A DNA stretch of 20,000 nucleotides, taken from an uncultured virus (IMG/VR IMGVR_UViG_3300034062_000589). Its lineage: Duplodnaviria > Heunggongvirae > Uroviricota > Caudoviricetes. The stretch is taken from the IMG/VR virus record IMGVR_UViG_3300034062_000589. One strand, given 5' to 3'. Numbering within the stretch: position 1 is the first letter of the stretch; each line of letters starts with the position of its first letter. Below, piece after piece: positions 14,640 to 20,000 of this stretch. The notes under the pieces are model-generated. The model was not told where the DNA came from. It searched no databases and was given only the letters and a program-made list of their open reading frames with translations. The position numbers were made by a program, and so were the translations under genes.

Positions 14640-15086
14640 TTAACCTTTACCAAACGATGTTGAAGATTTCCGCTCCGCAAAGAGTGGCATCCGCGCATCG
14701 TTCTCTCGCATAAAGCTATTGTCGATTGCAGTCGTCTGGGCTTGAGTCTGGTCTGCGTAATAAGTATTACGCTGCTTTACAAACTCTTCAGGCGTCTTGC
14801 ATAACACTAGCCCACCGATCTCAATGTTGTCCTTGAAGCGACTATTGGGGTCGATTAGCAGTTGAAACTTTGGCTGTTCCGAGATTTTCACAGGTTCCCA
14901 ACCCTCACGAAGCTTGCCTGACAAGTTGCGAGGATCAGCCTTATCCAACGTCGAAACACGAACCCATCTGTACGCAAAGCCGGGCTGTTTATCTGGCTCC
15001 GGTAAAGTTTCCGCAGGTGCCCACTGCTTAGGGCGTTCCTGTTGCGCACGGTTCTCTAGTTCACGAGTAAGTCTATTTTCAGCCAT
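14640..15086 (-). CDS. Conserved head-module hypothetical protein
   Basis: 148 aa with W.P...LP.P...GFAYRWVR.S...D..N...LREGWEPV...IGGLVLCK. SD AGGAG; lies between the scaffold and capsid genes. Confidence 0.7.
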   Translation of the reverse strand: MAENRLTRELENRAQQERPKQWAPAETLPEPDKQPGFAYRWVRVSTLDKADPRNLSGKLREGWEPVKISEQPKFQLLIDPNSRFKDNIEIGGLVLCKTPEEFVKQRNTYYADQTQAQTTAIDNSFMRENDARMPLFAERKSSTSFGKG

Positions 15087-15088
15087 TA

Positions 15089-16048
15089 TCAGTTCTCCTG
15101 TAATTTAAGGACTTCACGAGCATATTGCTCCGGGGTCAATTTAAACTTCTTAGCTAACGCTGCTTGTGTGGACGTTAGTTTGACCTGTTTCGGAGCCGTG
15201 CTCCGCCTAGCTGAAGCTACGACCGTACTCGGTTTACTTTTCTGAGGCTTCTGTGGCTCAGACGTATCATTAAAGGCTTCAGGGAACCGTTTGCGGATCG
15301 TTTTGTCGATACGCTCGTAGTATTCGTCAGTACCAATATATTCTTGGCCGTACTCACGATATAACTTCTTATGCAGTCCCATCGCTGCGTCCGTCATCTC
15401 CTCGTCCTTTTGGAACCAATTGGAGTTACGGCGCTGCCAGTCCGCGAATTTCGGGTCAACAGGCTGTGGTTTGTTGTCAGCTTGCGATCTTTGCGGCAGT
15501 TGTACCTCAGTTTCTTCGTCTTGTAAAGTGGGTTTAAAGTTTCTTGTGCGATCCAACTTCAAAGACGCGTCCATTAAGGCTTGCTGTGCGTCAACTAACT
15601 TCTCAGCATCGCCCGAGTCGTAAGCCTCGCGGTAGTTCCGCTTAGCTACCTCCACCTCGGTTTCAGCCGCCGCTTTGACCGTAGCAATGTACTCCTGCTC
15701 ACCAGAAGACAGGGTAGCTTTGAGGCGCTTATTCTCCTCTAGGATACCTTGGGCGATCCGTAGAGCTTCTTCTTGCTCACGGTAAGCCTTTTCCTTCTCC
15801 CGGCGCTCATCGTGCCAAGCCTTTTTGTACTGTTTAAATTTACTAACTACTTCTTCTGGGTACTCCCCACCTTCTTCGGGTGTCTCCAGTGAGTTAATAA
15901 TGTCTTTGGGGAGGGGTTCCTTACCACGGTCTTCTTCCGGGGTATCGTCCTCGATCTCGACAACAAACTCGTCTTCATCCCCATCCTCTTGGGCTGAAGC
16001 TTTCGTCTCGTCTATCTCGTCGGGGAACTTGTACTCGTTCTTATCCAT
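15089..16048 (-). CDS. Putative scaffolding protein
   Basis: 319 aa with a very acidic N-terminus, a long coiled-coil-like middle and a basic C-terminal VKLTSTQAALAKKFKLTPEQYAREV. Lies between portal and MCP; SD AAGGAG. Confidence 0.7.
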   Translation of the reverse strand: MDKNEYKFPDEIDETKASAQEDGDEDEFVVEIEDDTPEEDRGKEPLPKDIINSLETPEEGGEYPEEVVSKFKQYKKAWHDERREKEKAYREQEEALRIAQGILEENKRLKATLSSGEQEYIATVKAAAETEVEVAKRNYREAYDSGDAEKLVDAQQALMDASLKLDRTRNFKPTLQDEETEVQLPQRSQADNKPQPVDPKFADWQRRNSNWFQKDEEMTDAAMGLHKKLYREYGQEYIGTDEYYERIDKTIRKRFPEAFNDTSEPQKPQKSKPSTVVASARRSTAPKQVKLTSTQAALAKKFKLTPEQYAREVLKLQEN

Positions 16049-16057
16049 ATAGTCTCC

Positions 16058-16456
16058 TTATGCTCGTGAAATGCCGCGTGGATCGTCTACAACAGCCTCG
16101 ACTGAGTCATCATTAATCAGGCGGAACTCCCGACCATGAATCTTCAAACGTGTGCCGCTGTTCGGGCGCGCGAGGACAAAATCACCCTCTTTGCACCACG
16201 GGCCTGATTGGAACCGTTCACCTTTATAGGCGTCTGGCCCCAACTTCACGACAAAAAAGACCGTACTAAGGACTTCCTCATAGTGCATCGTTGAGTCTGC
16301 CTTAATAATCCCGCTCTCGTATTTGTTCTCGATCTCAGGAATAGCTACCAGAATGTGGTAGCCAGAAGGATTCGGCAGTTGTGTCGCCTTTTCTTCTGCT
16401 GTTTGTGGCAGGGTGGATACTTCACCGCTGTCTGTAGCGATGGCGAGTTCAGTCAT
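16058..16456 (-). CDS. groES: GroES/Cpn10-like co-chaperonin
   Basis: LPNPSGYHILV...ESGII...VVKLGPDAY...WCKEGDFV...SGTRLKIHGREFRLINDDSVEAVV matches the Cpn10 pattern. Start placed at the ATG at 16456 (SD GGAG). Confidence 0.85.
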   Translation of the reverse strand: MTELAIATDSGEVSTLPQTAEEKATQLPNPSGYHILVAIPEIENKYESGIIKADSTMHYEEVLSTVFFVVKLGPDAYKGERFQSGPWCKEGDFVLARPNSGTRLKIHGREFRLINDDSVEAVVDDPRGISRA

Positions 16457-16637
16457 CAAATTGCTCCATTCGTTTTGCGAGGTCTATAAGGTACGTCTCA
16501 ACTGTGGTGAGACCTCGGATTTCACCGCAGATAAATTTGTATTCCTCAAAGGTTCTAGCCGCGCTGTTGGCTAGACCGTCGGACAGTTGTTCCCGACGGT
16601 CTCTGAGTTCTTTCAAAGCTGCTTCGATTACGTTCAT
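16449..16637 (-). CDS. Small helical hypothetical protein
   Basis: 62 aa containing LSDGLA..A...EEYKFICGEIRGL. Overlaps both the portal stop (ATGA) and the groES-like start. Confidence 0.75.
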   Translation of the reverse strand: MNVIEAALKELRDRREQLSDGLANSAARTFEEYKFICGEIRGLTTVETYLIDLAKRMEQFDD

Positions 16638-19108
16638 TTAGCTTTCCCTTTTTGTGGGGGAGTGGATTTTTGCTGATTCATACGCTGCTGTTGCACGTTC
16701 ATTGCCATACGGAAACCCTCGGTTTCTTGTGTACGGTCTAGCTTCATACGGTCAGCATGTGTTTTGACCGCCATGTTTGCCCCAGCGATTTCTTTCTGAG
16801 CGTTGATACGCTCCATTTCAATCGCCATCTGCTTCTCTTTAGCTGCCGCATCAAGCTGATCTTTAGCAATCTTGCGCTGAACTTCTGCCTGCTTGATCTG
16901 CAACTCTTGCATCTGCATCTGGATAATCGGGTCTTGCATCTGTTGCTGAGCCTGCTGTTGTTGAGCTTCAGCCATGTGCTGCTGTACAAGCTGTTGTGTA
17001 GCTTGAGCCGCACGTTGAGACACTTCTACCTCGATCTCTTTCGGGATCATTACGTCGTCGTCTTCCTCGTAGTTCGGCAGTGTGAGGCCCATGTTCGCCT
17101 CCATCTGCTTGCGATACTCGTAACCGACGTGCTCGTTGATGTGCGCCATCATCGCTGCTTGCAGCATCTGAACTTGTGGGTTTTGACTCAGAATTTCCTG
17201 AATCTTAGGGTCTTGCATAGCACCCATGTGAACTGCGATATGCGCTTGGTGGTCCTGATACAAGAACGCTTTGACAGGTTTACCCATCAGAATGTTCTGG
17301 TTCTCAGTTACAGGGTCGCGCGGGCGAGTGTCGTCATCCGTTGGGATTAACTTGTTTGCGTTCTTAATGCCCAAGACCTCAACCATCTGACGGTGCAACA
17401 TCGGCATGTCATACAACTGCGGTGCGCTTTGAGCCAACTGGAATACCGCCTGATACTGCACAACCTTCTGCGACATGGTCGCTGCATTCGGATCACTAAC
17501 AGGTACAACATCGACCTGATCGTAGTCGCTCTGCTTCGCACGTCGTGTGCCGTCTACTGGCTCGTAGCTGTATTCATCTGGTGTGAAGTCACGAATAATG
17601 TCCTTTAACAGACGGAACTCTTCGTGCATCGAGTAGTGAATACGCGCCTGAATCGCAGACATGATCTTCAGGGTACGCTCTAAAATAGCCAGCGTCGTGC
17701 CAACGGGGGATTGGGCAGACATGTCGCTGATCTTGAGATCAGCCGCGCTGGCAAACCTACGGCCTTCATCGATGATTTGATTCATCAACCCGGCCAAAAC
17801 TTGTGATGGCTCCTTGTACGGCAGCGGTAAGATGTTGTCGCGTATCGCACCGCTCGGTACATCTACGTCTCTAAACTCACCCGGAGAAATCGGGGTATCG
17901 TCGCCCTTGACTCGCATACCACGAGTCTTTAAGCCACCCGGCAGGTTCGACAGAGTACCTGCATCAACAAGCTGACGCAGTATCGATGTACCTGATTTTG
18001 CAAATGCGCCGATCAAGTGAATCAGACCGAAGCAATAGAAGCCAAAGCCGGGGACGTAGCCGTAGTGGACGAAGTGATTGCGCTTATGCTTTAGCTTGTC
18101 GTCAGGCTTGTAGTTGCGGCGAATCGAGAGAACCGTCTGTGTGGACTTCTCAATAGTTACAATGTATGGCAGGGCAATACCTGTCTCTTCGCCGTCGTCA
18201 TCTACATCCTCATAGCCAGCTAAGTCCAAGTCAACCTGCATCTCAAGTAGCTTGTAGCGGTCATCCGTAGTAGCACGGAAGCCGAGCTTCTCTGCAATCT
18301 TCTTCTCAACTTCTTCAATGGTATTAACTGGGTCGCCCAGATCAACGTCCAGATAAAACCCTGACACCTGCAACTTGCGTAGCTCATTCTTAGTCTTGCG
18401 CATCACATGCGTGACCCGCTCCGATGTTCTCAGAGAAGACGCGCCGTATGGCACAACTACATCTTCCGCAGGGACGTAAATAGATGTCTGACGACCAAGG
18501 GACGGATCAAAGTAAACCTTCTTGAACGCATTACCAGACAGGCCCAAGCCCCACAACATACGCTCGTGTTCAGGCCGGTATTCAGGCATTTCTTCCGTCA
18601 AACGGAAGTTCATGTCCTCTTTGACCCGCTCCGCTGCATCTTTTTTCGCAGGAGTCTCCTTACCGATAATTTTCGTCTTAACCGGCCCAGCAGCCGGGAA
18701 AGTTTCCATGATCGTCTCAGATTGAAATTTGACGAGTGCTTCTGAGAGAAGAGGGTGTGTAACTCCACATGCGCCTGCCCACGGTTCTGTTCGCTCTTCA
18801 AGTTTCATCCCCAAGAGATCAAGACCATCAACGTACGTCTGTACCCAATCTTTACGGCTCGATATATCTTCCTCGTATGCGTCGATCAAATCAGACGCCA
18901 ACAGCGACAACTCGTTGTCTGGAATAAACTCAGCGAGGTTCGCCTCAAAGTCCTCGTCATCCATCTCGCGTGGCTCAATCTCAATCTCAAGCCCGTCGGT
19001 TGCAATCTTTACCGACTCTGGGTCTTCGATCTCAATCTCCAAATCAGGCTCCATCATCCCCTGATCCAGCCCTTGCGGGGCTGCGTACAATCCTTTTTCG
19101 ATGCTCAT
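16634..19108 (-). CDS. Portal protein (P22-like, long Gln-rich C-terminal coiled coil)
   Basis: 824 aa, downstream of TerL. Motifs: SRKDW...GLDLLG, PW.GACGV.HPLL.EA.V.FQ, G.AFKKVYFD, GFGFY.FGLIHLIG, LRQLVDAGTLSNLP.G. Acidic N-terminus and Q/M-rich C-terminus. Confidence 0.88.
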   Translation of the reverse strand: MSIEKGLYAAPQGLDQGMMEPDLEIEIEDPESVKIATDGLEIEIEPREMDDEDFEANLAEFIPDNELSLLASDLIDAYEEDISSRKDWVQTYVDGLDLLGMKLEERTEPWAGACGVTHPLLSEALVKFQSETIMETFPAAGPVKTKIIGKETPAKKDAAERVKEDMNFRLTEEMPEYRPEHERMLWGLGLSGNAFKKVYFDPSLGRQTSIYVPAEDVVVPYGASSLRTSERVTHVMRKTKNELRKLQVSGFYLDVDLGDPVNTIEEVEKKIAEKLGFRATTDDRYKLLEMQVDLDLAGYEDVDDDGEETGIALPYIVTIEKSTQTVLSIRRNYKPDDKLKHKRNHFVHYGYVPGFGFYCFGLIHLIGAFAKSGTSILRQLVDAGTLSNLPGGLKTRGMRVKGDDTPISPGEFRDVDVPSGAIRDNILPLPYKEPSQVLAGLMNQIIDEGRRFASAADLKISDMSAQSPVGTTLAILERTLKIMSAIQARIHYSMHEEFRLLKDIIRDFTPDEYSYEPVDGTRRAKQSDYDQVDVVPVSDPNAATMSQKVVQYQAVFQLAQSAPQLYDMPMLHRQMVEVLGIKNANKLIPTDDDTRPRDPVTENQNILMGKPVKAFLYQDHQAHIAVHMGAMQDPKIQEILSQNPQVQMLQAAMMAHINEHVGYEYRKQMEANMGLTLPNYEEDDDVMIPKEIEVEVSQRAAQATQQLVQQHMAEAQQQQAQQQMQDPIIQMQMQELQIKQAEVQRKIAKDQLDAAAKEKQMAIEMERINAQKEIAGANMAVKTHADRMKLDRTQETEGFRMAMNVQQQRMNQQKSTPPQKGKAK

Positions 19109-19338
19109 TTTAAGTTCCTAAATATGTGCACTGCCCGCGATTTAGGCGCAGGTTCCATGCAATGAGAATTAAGTAGCTTTCGGTCAAGTTCAAATGGGTT
19201 TGCCTCGAACCACTTGTCCACGTCTTCTTTAGTTGTTACATACGGCGTTCTGTCCGCCGTCTTTGCTTGCTTTAATAGTTTGCGGTTGTACTTCTTAACC
19301 CGCCACCAAAACTTAATTGTCTCAATGATCTTCATCAA
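19105..19338 (-). CDS. Small basic hypothetical protein between TerL and portal
   Basis: 77 aa with ATGA overlaps at both ends (19335-19338 and 19105-19108). Confidence 0.6.
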   Translation of the reverse strand: MMKIIETIKFWWRVKKYNRKLLKQAKTADRTPYVTTKEDVDKWFEANPFELDRKLLNSHCMEPAPKSRAVHIFRNLK

Positions 19339-20000
19339 TAGTAAGCGGCTCTGCGCTTTGATTTAAACAGTTGAATATCTTCAGGCTCGTCGTTCTCTAG
19401 CCGGATAAACCCACCCTGACGAAATCGCATCAAGGCCAATGTGGTCGAGTCAACCAAGTCGTCGTTAATACCTGACGGAAAGTCGTTGCATTCCTCGATC
19501 ACCTCCATCGCCCAGCGTCTCTGGGGTGCCCATACAATGCCTCCATGAAAGAGGCTAGATACTGCGTTTACTCGGGAAATCTTGTCTTGTCCCTTACCCG
19601 GTGTGAACTCTTGTACTGGCACACCCATACGCCGCATCTCTTGAAAGAGGACGGAGCCGCTAGATTTTTTCTCAACAATAAATGAGTCTGGTTGCCACTC
19701 TTTGTATTCTTCCAGCACCAGAGCTTTTAAGTCGGGGTACTCCATACGCTTCTTAATGGAGTTCAAGAGGATGATGTTGTAGTTGTTGACTTCCTCGTTG
19801 TAAAACACGCCCCACGTTGTCAGAGCGTTGAAGTCAGACCGATTGTTGGCTTCTTGTGCAGCATCCAACGACATAATCGTAAACTCGCACTGCGGGGGGT
19901 CTTCTTCCTCCCACATATTCCACCACTCACGCTTGATTAACGCTCCCTCTTCCGAGGTCGGTTGCTGCATGTACTGTGCGTTCCAGTATCGTATATCCAG
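19335..20000 (-). CDS. terL: Terminase large subunit, C-terminal nuclease domain (5' part outside the window)
   Basis: The frame is open from 20000: LDIRYWNAQYMQQPTSEEGALIKREWW...SLDAA...SDFNA.TTWG...IVEKKSSG..L.QE...DKISR...FPSG.NDDLVDSTT.AL. This is an RNase H-like TerL nuclease. Confidence 0.92.
   Translation of the reverse strand: MDIRYWNAQYMQQPTSEEGALIKREWWNMWEEEDPPQCEFTIMSLDAAQEANNRSDFNALTTWGVFYNEEVNNYNIILLNSIKKRMEYPDLKALVLEEYKEWQPDSFIVEKKSSGSVLFQEMRRMGVPVQEFTPGKGQDKISRVNAVSSLFHGGIVWAPQRRWAMEVIEECNDFPSGINDDLVDSTTLALMRFRQGGFIRLENDEPEDIQLFKSKRRAAYY

Noticed and set aside
16757..19165. Several plus-strand and alternate-frame ORFs inside the portal gene
   Set aside because: Contained in or opposite a well-supported gene, with no SD or motif support.
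1..20000. Alternative genetic code, tRNA genes or integrase
   Set aside because: Genes tile the minus strand under the standard code with TAA, TGA and TAG all used as stops. No tRNA-like or recombinase sequence was recognised.

Overview
This window is the morphogenesis region of a tailed dsDNA bacteriophage, podovirus-like in gene order and resembling uncultured freshwater phages of Proteobacteria (host is inference). Every credible gene is on the minus strand and the genes are tightly coupled. In reading order: terminase large subunit (C-terminal part), a small insert, portal, small ORF, GroES-like co-chaperonin, scaffold, two head proteins, Mu-gpT-like major capsid protein, a free-standing EndoVII-type endonuclease, a structured RNA element, a cluster of small Lys/Gly-rich proteins, neck proteins, tail and fibre proteins, and a double-domain 2OG-Fe(II) oxygenase that runs off the left edge. 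Two real genes are missing from the ORF track (1..1114 and 9043..9222). Four signals stand out. (1) A [FYM]-x-x-G-G motif recurs eight times in four small basic proteins, sometimes at domain junctions, suggesting a processing or packaging signal. (2) The endonuclease is bracketed by two near-consensus sigma70 promoters, and a long hairpin buries its SD and ATG. (3) A pseudoknotted RNA, probably the Mu-gpT-DE motif, pairs with the next gene's SD. (4) A tail-fibre protein carries nested domain insertions. Functional calls come from motif recognition and synteny only; no database searches were run.
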